Shown: piece after piece, positions 53,215 to 64,000 of the stretch
Layout of the letters: every line of letters starts with the position of its first letter
Position numbering within the stretch: position 1 is the stretch's first letter
Made by a program: the position numbers and the translations under genes
Notes under the pieces: generated by a model
The model's database searches: none
Told to the model about the DNA's origin: nothing
What the model saw: only the letters and a program-made list of their open reading frames with translations
Assembly: GCA_965649765.1 (NCBI GenBank)
Contig: OZ287754.1
Span: forward strand, 62,868,001-62,932,000
Origin: Bispira polyomma
Lineage: Eukaryota
Direction of reading: 5' to 3'
Length of the DNA: 64,000 nucleotides

Positions 53215-53335
53215 TCCATCCTTATGACCTGGCTATGTTTTTAATTTTTCTATTGGCTAATTGATTCTGATGTTGCGCCTTAGCAGATGCCTAGCATCAA
53301 TAAGGCATTTAAAAAATGTACAATACAATACAATA
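53215..53335 (+). mobile_element. L2 LINE 3'-UTR fragment with (TACAA)n tail
   Basis: Aligns by eye with 61905-62017. Confidence 0.55.
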
Positions 53336-53365
53336 AATTGTAGCACTGGCTCATATCACCCTTAA

Positions 53366-54231
53366 TGGTGCTGTTCCACTATCACGGGATAGTGAGAGGC
53401 CTCGATTATATAATCGTCAGCAATCCTTGGAGTTTCCCACAATGTTTTGAGAAAAGGGCGGGAAAAAATGAGTCATCACAATCTGTAAGATAAGTTGTAC
53501 AACTGCCTTAACAAGTCGTTAGCATAATGATTGATCTGCCCAATAAGTCTTCACGATAATATTTTTTTGGTCGTGACCGATTAATAAAGATAAGTCATTT
53601 GAACGGCTTATGATCCAAAAGATAGGTTGTAACGGTGTTCGGATCCTGTCAGCCCATGAAACAACTGATCCAGACCAAAATCTTGGTAATAACAATTGGC
53701 AGGTACCATTGTCATCAAATGCTATATAAACGAGGGCTTAAACTTGAATCCATACAGTTTTATATAGAAGTTAATTTATCAACATGATTCCATAAAGAAT
53801 AAAAAATCTAGCAAATGGACTGGGCTGTTGTATACATGCAATCACAACTAATGATTATTATGGACATCGAAGGCAGAATAAGAAGATTAAGAAGTCAAAG
53901 GGAAGCACTGAATCTACAGCCTCATGCTCAGGTGGCCAGAAGACAAGTCCAAGACCAAGGTTCTGGATGAAGCCATGGCTCAGGGAAAGGGAAGATATAG
54001 ACACTACAGAGCACTTATGCCACGCCTGGAGTAACGATAACTCAGGGGGGGGGGGTGAAAAGATAACTCGTAATGACCCCCGACCTATCTTTGTGATGGA
54101 AAGATAAGTCGGGATGAATTTGCAAATGATTTATGGGAGGATTGAAAGGATAGGTCTTTAGAAGGTAACGATAAGTCATTTGAAATGTCGTAACGATCTG
54201 GGACTATGATCGGCATAGTGGAACAGGGGTA
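53366..54231 (+). mobile_element. PIF/Harbinger internal-deletion derivative
   Basis: TIR core ctgttccactat (53371) / atagtggaacag (54215); TAA/TCA flanks; residual transposase N-terminus RPRFWMKPWLRER..HYRALM..MTPDL at ~53950-54090. Confidence 0.7.
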
Positions 54232-54689
54232 TCAACAAGTGGTCAGTAACCGCTGAAGGAGTCACATATCTTTGATTGGATGTATATGGAAAGCATGGTA
54301 TTTTCAATACTCCCATATTCATCATTTGAATGCCCTTGTGACAATAGTGGAAAAATGAAGGGTGACAAAATCAAGTGTGGTAAAATCATAGACAACTATC
54401 ATTGAGTTGGAAAATGAGTTTCTCTGTACAAAAGCCACTCAAGCCGGAGTAAGAATCTGCCTTACTTTTCTGACAAGACAGAACAGGAGTAGAACTTATG
54501 CCAGAGTCTCGGGGAAAATTATATCATGTGTTGCAGTGATGTTGTAATCACATTTTTATGTGGCACAGTTATCTACTTTTATTTGGTATTCAAAGAGCTA
54601 ATGAAGATTTTCTTGACTGCCAGCAGTCAACAATTATCAGGTAACTATCACTCCTCTAACTGAATTGGTAGTTTTGAGAATTATCAATT

Positions 54690-56800
54690 AAAAATGTATC
54701 TAACAAGGGAGCTGCAATGGAGAAAATCTGGATTGCGGCTTCTTGGTGGGTCTAACCAAAGGAACAGTGAGTATTTTGTCTCTCTTAATGTTAAAGACAG
54801 AGAGAAGGGAAGCCAGGTAGGAGGGTTGTTGAGTGACTACAGCCTTGAACGTAGTAACATCGATGAAAAAAATGGATGGGAAGCCAGTGTAGTTTTTTGA
54901 GGTTAGGAGTGGCGTCTGTTTGACCAACCAGTCGAAAATTCACCCTATATAGGTAGTTTTTAATGGACTGGCTCTTTTTATTCTGTAACTTGTTCACTCT
55001 AAACAAAAGAGAGTTGCAGTAGTCAAGGCGACTACTCACAAGGGCATTATCATCCAGTTTAATCATTTGTGCTCTAAGAGTAAGTTAGGATCTGATCCAA
55101 TCAAGGACAGTGCCATTAAGGCTGAACCATTGCTTGAGAGTATCACAGAGTAGGCTATGATCAATGGTGTCAAAGGCTGCTGAGAGATCTAAAAAGGTAA
55201 GGGCCACTGTTTTATTGTGGTCTAATGCAAGATTCTTTTTCATTTTGTGGAGTGAAACTTTCTGTAAGAGGATTTGTGACGATTTTTGATGTTTTGTCTG
55301 TTGAGGTGATCAATAATCTGTTGTGCCACAGCTTTCGCGATGACTTGAGAGATAAAGCTGAGATTGGACAACGGTCTTTAGTTTTTGCGCTGGTTTTTAT
55401 CAATCCCTTTTTTTAAGCAAGGGATTAACAGTAGCAGTTTTGAAACAGGTGGAGAAAATACCATCCTGAAGAGAAAAATTTCATATGTTGGTTACATGGA
55501 TGACTAGAATATCCAGGCATTGCTTGAGAATAACGTCTGGGATAGGATCTTTTTCACAAGATTTATTAGGAGAGGATTTCATGAGTTTTAGAACATCCTT
55601 CTCAGAGCGTCTGTGAAAATGGAATTGTTAGAAACCTTATACCTTGAGGTTAGAGGGCGGAAATGATACATCTTTAAAAAACAGTCACAAATGTTTCCAA
55701 AATTTATCCACTAAAAATGTAAGACAGTGATATAAAGCAGAACTTTCTTGGGTGTTCAATTGAGTTCAACACTAGCTAGAAAAGAGTCTGTGTCATTTTT
55801 TCCAATCCATGGTTCAGTGATACCTGCTAAGTCAAGTTTGTTGCTGAGTATACTGTCCACAACTGAGGGGCCCTTGTTCCTGATGGATCTGGCATTAAAG
55901 ATGCCAATTTTCAAGCATTTTTTAGTAAAACATTAAGGGCCAGGATTTACTTGGATGTACCAGATCAAGTATGTAATTGTGGAAAAAGTGTTAAGGAGGC
56001 TGTTGAAGTGTTTTGTTGTGGTATTTTTAGGTCAACCTTGATATTGATATATGCAAGGATAATAGCTTCGAATGGGAGAAGGTTCAGGTTTTCAAGAAAT
56101 TTGAATAACTCTTGAGTAAAGGTGGTTAGAGAAGGGACGGGTGGTTGGTAAAAAGTGAAAACCAGGAATGACAGATAACCATTCAAAATTTTTCATGTGA
56201 TTAATTCGTTATTTTTTTAAGGATACATTTGGTCAACAGTTAAATTTAAAAGAATATTTCACTTTTTTTCGCTTTTTTTGCACCTATTAATAATATAGCT
56301 TTAATATATTAGATAATATGTGTTTATAATAATTGAAAAGGTTGCTTCTGTACTATTATGATTAATGTGTCTTTGTTGTTAAATGTTTTAAGTAAAATTA
56401 TGATGTTGTTTTTGTCTGTAATTGTATTGTAATGTCTTAATGTGACAATAAAATTTTTTTTAAAAAAATGAAAAAATTCAAAAGAATAATAAGACTGTTT
56501 TTGAGAATTCCACAGGGGAGATTTTTTTTACAAATATACTTACTTCCCTACGTGTTTTTGGATCCTAGGAAACTGAAAAAAATTGTAACCCAGAGGAGCT
56601 ATATTGGACAGGAAAGATACGGTATCCCTACTGCTGAGTCAAGTCTCAGAGACGGCAGCAATATCCAGGTCCTGGGCTGTGATCAAATCAATGACTGCAG
56701 GTGTCTTGTTTTCGCAAGGATCGGGCGTTGAACGCCCTGATCATAAACTTGGATGCTGGAGGCCACAGATTTAATTCATGCTGATGTCTTTGCAGAGAGC
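54690..56800 (-). mobile_element. degenerate L2/CR1-group LINE ORF2 (APE endonuclease + RT remnants)
   Basis: Minus-strand motifs FNARSL, LDIAAVSET*L, PLGYNF, FYQPP, LDLSAAFDTIDH, ALVSSRLDYCNSLL, LHWLPI; stops and frameshifts. Confidence 0.85.
56190..56475 (+). mobile_element. 5'-truncated poly-A retroposon 3' end nested in the L2
   Basis: AT-rich, AATAAA plus A-rich tail, flanked by attcaaaa direct repeats; L2 motifs continue on both sides. Confidence 0.55.
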
Positions 56801-57424
56801 GGTCAGTAGATGGATCCAGAGGCTATTTATCAGGGGGTTTGGTCATCGAGCTATGTGCATTTAAAAGCACAAAAATGCTTGTTGGCCTTGTCAAGAGAGA
56901 GGCAAGGATCTTGATGAGCCTAGTTTGAATTTGTAGAGAAATGGCTGGGGCAAAGAACAGGAGTTCCATGAATGTATTCTGATACTGGCCAGAACGATGC
57001 AGAGTAACAGTACAAAATAATACTTCAACATCTCTAGATCAAAATACAGCTTAAACTTTGCCAAGAAAGATATTTATCAATGTGAAATAAGCCTACAAAT
57101 ATATAGGTGTTCGAACAGTGTACAGTACAAGAGGAGTGCCGGTGAATATACCAGAAGCTGAGAAAATTTATCAAAGCAAAAAAATTAAAAAAAAATTAGC
57201 AATTTATAAAAATGGAGTAATTTGATGGTAGCTAGGGAAGGCAGTAGTTTTAATGGTTTATGTAATTTATAGATGATACAAGAGAAAATAACTCTCTGTG
57301 TACGCTAATTGACTGGCAGTGTACGCTGGGGAATTAATGTATCAACAAGTACTATTTAAAGGAAGCCTTTTATTTTTTCTTCAGTCTACTGTGATTTCTT
57401 TAGGGAGATTGTGTAACTTGTATT

Positions 57425-59096
57425 ATTGTATCCACCGATCAGGTGGATACTTTGGTTTAGCGTTGGCTACGCCCCCGCCACCACCACCGCCGTAGTAGAG
57501 AGATTTTTTGTCAATAACACTCTCAGCGGAATACTAGACCAGCTAGCTTAGCCAAATTTGCAGGATATCTTCATTGAGAGGTAAGCTTCTCTGCGACTGA
57601 AATTAGTCTCATTCTGAAAAACAAGATGGTCGCCATCAACATTTCTTTGAAAATTGTCCACCTTTTTAGAGAGATTTTGGCCGTTAACACTCTCAGCAGA
57701 AAACTAGACCAGATAGCTTCTCCAAATTTGCATCATATCTTCATTGGGAGTTAAGCTTCTCTGTGACTGAAATTAGCCTCATTTTGAAAAACAAGATGGC
57801 CGCCATCGTCATTTCTTTGAAAATTACCTACTTTTTTCTACTGGCTGGTTCTCGTAACTAGAAGGTTAAATCTATTCATAGGTGTATAACAGATATATAT
57901 GTCCTCTACAAGTATGCATACATTTGACCTTGAAGCTTTTCATGGAAGGTCATTCACGGAGTGCCAAAGTACCCCACATAGCGAACTTTAAAAGTGCCCA
58001 TTTCTCTCTTATTATTGGTCCTAGAGGTTTGGTATGTGAAGCCTACCTATAGGAAATCATGGGCTAGGAATCTTGTGACGTGATCAGATTTGACCTTGGA
58101 TTCCTCATTCAAGGTCAAACAAGGTATCCAAACATAAAAGTGCTTATAACTTGCTTATTATTGGTCCTAGAGGTTTGGCATGTGAAGGCTACCTATAGGA
58201 ACTCATGGGCTAGGAATCTTCTGACGTGGTCAGATTTGACCTTGGATTCCTCATTCAAGGTCAAACAAGGTATCCAAACTTAAAAGTGCTTATAACTTGC
58301 TTATTATTGGTCCTAGAGGTTTGGCATGTGAAGGCTACCTATAGGAAATCATGGGCTGGGAATCTTCTGATGTGGTCATGTTTGACCTTGGGCCCCTCAT
58401 TCAAGGTCAAACAAGGTATCCAAACTTAAAAGTGCTTATAACTTGCTTATTATTGGTCCTAGATGTTTGGTATGTGAAGAACCTTTATAGAAAATCATGG
58501 GCTGGGAATCTTCTGATGTGGTCATGTTTGACCTTGGGCCCCTCATTCGAGGTCAAACAAGGTATCCAAACTTAAAAGTCCTTATAACTCGCTTATTATT
58601 GGTCCTAGAGGTTGGCATTGTGAAACCAACTTATAGGTAATCATGGGCTGGGAATCTTCTGTTGTGGTCAGATTTGACCTTGGGCCCCTTCATCAAGGTC
58701 AGACGAGGGTAGCTAAAGTTAAAAGTGCTTATAACTCGCTTATTATTTGTCCTACAGTTTTGAGATGTAAAAGCAACCTATAGGAAATATCATGGGCTGG
58801 TAGTCTTCTCATGTGGTCAGGTTTGATCTTGGGCCCCTCCTTCAAGGTCAAATGACAATAGCCAAACTTAAAAGTGCTTATAACTCGCTTATTATTGGTC
58901 CTACAGGTTTCAAATGTAAAACCAACTTATAGGTAATCATGGGCTGAGAATATTTTGATGTGGTTAGATTTGACCTTGGGCCCCTCCTTTAAGGTCAGAC
59001 GAGGGTAGCCATAGCTTGGGTGCTTCCTATCTATGGTGATCTGTCTTTCTGGTGGATACAAATATGCATCGGTTTTCCGATGCGCTAGGTCTAGTT
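57425..59096 (+). mobile_element. HINE/DINE-1-like non-autonomous Helentron with internal tandem repeats
   Basis: 5' subTIR tgtatccacc plus nearby IR ggtggatac; (CCA/CCG)n microsatellite; 3' subTIR ggtggataca at 59051; hairpin gcatcgg-tttt-ccgatgc; ends ctagtt. Confidence 0.8.
57985..59015 (+). repeat. ~146-bp tandem repeat, about 7 copies, inside the HINE
   Basis: Recurrent 'aaaagtgcttataact...ttattattggtcctag...tttgaccttgg'; ORF offset 58080 to 58226 = 146. Confidence 0.9.
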
Positions 59097-59144
59097 ATAA
59101 ATTGTTGTCCATAACAAGCATACTAGTCGTACAAAGACTTGAAA

Positions 59145-60625
59145 GGAAGAGTGCATCCTTAGATGAATAATTAAATATTCGGATAAAAAAAGGTTTAAAA
59201 TGAGGTTCCGTTTGTCATGTGAGAATAAAGCATAAAATTTAGATTCAACTTACCCTATTTAGTACAGACCTGACACTAGGTAAGCTTTAACACTGATTTA
59301 TGTCTAGTCCAGCTCATAATAATGACCCCCATGTATTTATTATCTTTAAGCCTTGTGCACAGTTCTGGGTAATTGTACCAAGGCTTACGAGTGATGCAGA
59401 AAAATAATAGACAATTTAAAGGAGCTGAAGTTCGAATGTTTCTCCACATTAATGAAGTAATGAACTATTCAATAAACTTACAACACTGATGTTTTTTTAC
59501 CATAAATTTTTATTTTATTTTTTTTTCTCTGTATTTTGTGTACTATTTTGTCAGTGTTATTTGTATGGTTGTAAAGAACATACTTAATGTTTTTGTCCAA
59601 TAAAAAAATCAAAAAAAGAAAAAAAAGTTTCTCCACATTGTATCAGTAGTAACTTATATCCAATAATATGATGTACTAGCAAGAGTAGCAGAGGTTACTG
59701 TTACATGTACAGTAAAATGTCTATTATCAGAATAAACTGATACTGTGTGGCAAAAAACATAAAATGTACTCCAATTATACATTTATTTTAATTATCGTTC
59801 ATACAGTACCAATCTCCCCAAAACAAAATCACTTCCAAAATATTGGTGAGAGAATAGTTTAAAAAGTTTTTTTATATACGAAAACAATATATATGGAAGG
59901 TAGTTACATCATAAACACACGGGAGTCCAACCTATACTAAGTGATTATTTAAACATAACAATAATTTGTCAGTTATTCAACACTCTCATTGTTAAATTGA
60001 TTTTATGGAGTTAATTTACAGTCCACAGATATAAAATTCAAACAAAGTCATTATTTCAGGGTAAGATTCAAATTAAAAGTAATATTTGTAATTTTTTCTG
60101 TTTTGCTGACTCCAACTTTAAACCAATTTTGAATATAACTTTACAAACATCAACGTAAACATCAACGAATACAGCCTCACCAGGTCTCTGCAAATACTGC
60201 ATGGACCAAACATTTTATTTAAAAATAAGGGAGAGTGGATGCTTAGATGAATAATTGAATATTCAAATAATAGAAGACCTGAAATGACGCTATGCAGTAT
60301 TTGTTGTGTGTGAATAAAGCCTAAAAATAAGATTGAACTTACTTTCCTCATTTAGTACAGACCTGATACTGATAAGCTTCAACACAAATGTACTCCTAGT
60401 CCAGCTCGTAATAATGACCTCTAGTATTTATTTTCTTAAAGCATTGTGCACAGTTTTAGGTAATTGTACCAATGCTTACAAGTGATGCAGAGGAAGAACA
60501 AACCTTTGGATGGAGCCATAACCACTCCTAGTTTGAAAGTATGGTTATCTGAAATGTTAAGCTTTCTCCACATTGTATTAGTACTAGTATTAACACATAC
60601 ATGGAATAATATGATGTACTAGTTT
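59145..60625 (+). repeat. diverged local direct duplication (~59145-59680 vs ~60230-60625)
   Basis: Shared blocks ttagatgaataatt, tttagtacagacctga, ccagctc.taataatgacc, atatgatgtactag. Confidence 0.7.
59451..59626 (+). mobile_element. 5'-truncated poly-A retroposon 3' end with 13-bp TSD
   Basis: gtttctccacatt at 59438 and 59627; AATAAA then A-rich tail; paralogous site near 60563 has a single copy. Confidence 0.75.
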
Positions 60626-61082
60626 TCTCGTGAAAAAACAATAACATGCAAATACACCCTATATGTGTCTGATGATAGTTTTAACAAAGGTACCCTCAAG
60701 GTACAAATCTTCAGTGTTTCAAGCTGTTCCCTACAATTACAGCAGGTCATCTGGTTGTAATGTTATGGTTAACTTTTATGTGGTTAAATATGCTATGTGA
60801 GGCAGTGATGGTTCAAAAAACATTTTTAAGCCAAATCTCTCTAATCACATGATGCTTTAGAGGCACATACATGCGACTGCTACCAACTTCATATGATTGA
60901 GTTATCTGTCACTGGATACTATCTAAAATGATGGGATAAAGAACCTTGAGGAGGTTGTTCAACAGTGTCATCCTCAAGCCTGTATTTTCACTGAGGGCAT
61001 GACAGTTACATGTGCTGGATTGCTGCACAAGTCATGAAAATGTAAATAACACTTTGAATACCATATAGAGGTAGACATTATA

Positions 61083-61215
61083 TTTGAATTTGAATTGGGA
61101 TATTTAACGTTCACTCTAGTACCTGTTTCTGGTTAAATTGGAACAGGCAGTTGGAAACGCCAGAGGAAGCAGTACATACAGTTGATCAAGGTTCTTCGCT
61201 GAAACCACCGCGGCC
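61083..61215 (-). mobile_element. internally deleted copy of the array SINE family
   Basis: 3' half joined to 5' tip (gaaacca|ccgcggcc); 15-bp TSD gaggtaga(c/t)attata. Confidence 0.85.
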
Positions 61216-61599
61216 GAGGTAGATATTATAGTATAAATAATAAGTATTAATATGAATATAGCATACTGTGACAAATGGATAAAACTACTTGAGTGGTGTA
61301 TATAACAAAACAAAAATAAACAGTACAACGAGAGCCCAGTTGTTTGGTAGTTTTCTTCAAAGAGTGAAAACGGTGTTTTTTTATGGGCTAAAATAAATCT
61401 CAAGCAAACTATACAACTATGTATTAATTTTATTTTATTTATCAATGGTGGATATGACAACCATTCTAGCAGATGATAAAACATCAGTGGCTAAATAACA
61501 TTAATGTTGCAACACAGATGTTGTTAGGGAATTAATTTGGGGGCATGTGAAAAAAAAAATAAGTCTGCTAATGTGTATTATTTTTAATCTGGACAACTA

Positions 61600-62017
61600 T
61601 AATTCCCTTTTGCTTGGATCTGTACTGATGTCTTTGCATACCTAAAATACTGCACTGACTTCCCATGCATTATTATATTATGTTTTTGAACTACTTCTAA
61701 AGCTGTTGTTTCTCAAAATCCCTCATATCTTGATGCTATCTTTGCCTTTTCTGTTTCCTCTGCAAAATCTAACAAGAGGGTTGGATCTAGAGCTTTCTCC
61801 ATTGCTTTCCGTATGTTGTGGAACAATCTCGCTGTAGTGCTTAGATCACTTAAAACACTTTCAGGTTTTTCAGAAAAATCTTAAAATCCACCACTTGAAA
61901 CTCGCATTCTTACGACCTTTCTATGTTCTCCATTAGTTAACCGATTCTGTTGTTGAACTTTAGAAGATGCCTCGCATCATTAAGTCATTAAAATCCATGA
62001 TACAATACAATACAATA
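61600..62017 (+). mobile_element. L2 LINE 3' fragment
   Basis: LH*LP and GSRAFSIAFRMLWNNL...LKIHHLKLAF C-terminal motifs; (TACAA)3 tail. Confidence 0.7.
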
Positions 62018-62408
62018 TAGTATGTTGTGCAATAGTTTCTGATAAATGAGTTGAGTATGCTCCGAAACAATTTCTATTGGCATACAGAAATTAAGTCATT
62101 CTTGAAATTAGACACCTGCCTTTGGTATTAATTGTCAGAGCAGCAAAGTATTATGTTTCTGAAATATTCTAACAAATGTAATATAAACTAATAAATCTAA
62201 TATCTTAGAAATCTGGAAAATCTGTCATTAAATTAATTCTAATTTGTTTAGGCGCTGTATTAAAACAGGCTTTTTCATTATTTGTTCCATAATGGACCGT
62301 GGGATCTGTCATAATAGACTGATTGGTGCTATAATATAAATTGGTGCGGGGTGAAAAAACCCTAAAATAGTTTGTATATATTTACACATAATTTTTGTGT
62401 TTTTATAG

Positions 62409-63125
62409 TGTAATATCCGTGTATATCAGAGCAATAAACACTCAAGCTTCTGGTGGTTCCCCTTTAGCTCAACTCCAAGTGTACTGGACTATTTATCTCA
62501 AGATCCATGACAACTAAGAAGCCCTAAAGTTGTTACAAAATTGTCAGACATGAATTGTTATAAATGTAAGCCTGTAAACCCGTAATTGTGCAAATACCAA
62601 AGATGAAACTGGTACAGGTTATTTACATAGTAAAATTTTGTCCAGGCAAAGTAATGTGTGTTATTACTAAGGCAAAAATTTACATTTTATTACAGACAGT
62701 ATGTGGGCAAACTCTCAATCAATCAAAAACTTTTTAACATGATTGATTCTGAGGCCCCTATGCAACCCAATTCCCCATAATGGTAATAACAAAAGCTTAA
62801 TCAACACTAGCTACAGAAAGACTAGTGTTGCAAAAGGCCCAGTCACAGGATGAAATACCTAGCCCCAAAGTCCCCCCTCCTTTGTGCAGAGCCAAGGTAT
62901 TTCTGTTGTTTACATGGTGGATATCAGTGGAAATATCCCCCTCTTATAAGCCAAGAAAATTAGTAGAGTTAATGCTGTAGTAGTATAAGACCTGAGGTCA
63001 GGTCTTCTCGAGGGAGAGGCATGTAATATCCGTGTATATTGGAGCATTAAACATTTGGGCTGCCAGGGTTCCCCTTTAGCTCAACTAGTAGTGTTCTGAA
63101 CTATTTGATCCCAAGATCCATGAGA
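62409..63125 (+). repeat. pair of diverged ~100-bp direct repeats (62409 and 63022)
   Basis: tgtaatatccgtgtatat...ggttcccctttagctcaact...caagatccatga occurs twice. Confidence 0.7.
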
Positions 63126-64000
63126 ACCCCATGATCGAATCCCAGCAGTAGCAAGCCTCTTTATAAGTTTACAGCAGAGCCAAGTTATTTTAGTTGTTTA
63201 CAATAGTTAAAGCTTATCTGTATTTGTTAATTAATGATGGATACCAACAAAACCAATGCGAATCAACACTATCTAATAAAAACCCTAATAAAATGATTTC
63301 AAATTTAAAGAATCTTTCTTCAGTTTAAAGTTCAGCCTAAACAATTAGTAGTTCGAATATAATTCTCATGATAAAATATGTCGTTTTAATAATGAAGTAT
63401 GCAAAATTAAAACGTTATTAAATCAGTGATTTTTTTTTTCTATACAATTTTATGTGCTTCACTGCATATGAATGAAATATAAAGTTCCATGGGACTTTAT
63501 TTATTAGCACTCTTTATTAATCAAGACTCTAAACTTATGTATAAAACTCTCAACACTGTGTAAACTTATTCAAGGAATGGTACTAGAAATGCCATGACAC
63601 GTTGCAGGAATAACACCACAAAGTACCTGTGTAATTTTATTTGAACTTAAATTCATACAGTTTACTGCACACTGCAATAATCAAACAATGAACTGCACCT
63701 CTTATATGTCTTTGTAAAATGAACATGAGAGAACAGAGCAGGAAGTCCATTACACAAGACTAATTCGATAATTACTTCCAAATGTTATTATATGTGTGTA
63801 AAATATCTTAGTATTTAATAAAATAACAAAATTTTACATACACAAGCTTTAGTAGCTGACTTACAATGTATTAACCCTTTTCACCCAAAGAGAAAACTAT
63901 CTTCGATAACTGAAGAAAATGTTTCTTTCATAGCTGCCTTACAGATGGTTAAAATCACCAAAACACACATAATAGAATACCTTTGGCATTCAATATCAGC

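Noticed and set aside
58080-58575. Overlapping repeated ORFs (…QGQTRYPN…)
   Set aside because: Translation artefacts of the 146-bp tandem repeat.
62409-63125. Pair of LTRs flanking a retrotransposon
   Set aside because: The repeats begin with TG, but I found no PBS, PPT, TSD or internal coding remnant. Kept only as direct repeats.

Overview
AT-rich eukaryotic DNA, most likely from an invertebrate animal. That is an inference from the metazoan-type tRNAs, tRNA-derived SINEs, L2 LINEs, a Helentron-type element and a spliced fibrinogen-domain gene. Positions 1 to ~42,050 are one tandem array of a two-tRNA cassette, both genes on the minus strand: tRNA-Phe(GAA) and an intron-containing tRNA-Arg(TCT). 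I count 30 Phe and 30 Arg loci, and the array runs off the left edge of the window. The monomer is a 567-bp tRNA module plus 1-3 copies of a 515-bp non-coding spacer, giving periods of 1082, 1597 and 2112 bp. The central ~31 kb is almost perfectly homogenised, while both margins are decaying through CpG-type B-box and stem mutations, deletions, templated insertions and a SINE insertion. The repeated 79-aa and 89-aa ORFs in the ORF track are shadows of the tRNA genes, not proteins. The remaining 22 kb is rich in transposable elements. It holds SINEs, a degenerate L2 LINE interrupted by a poly-A retro-insertion, a Harbinger deletion derivative, a HINE/Helentron-like element with 146-bp internal repeats, and MITE-like elements. 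It also contains a 4-exon fibrinogen-related (FReD) pseudogene with two premature stops.
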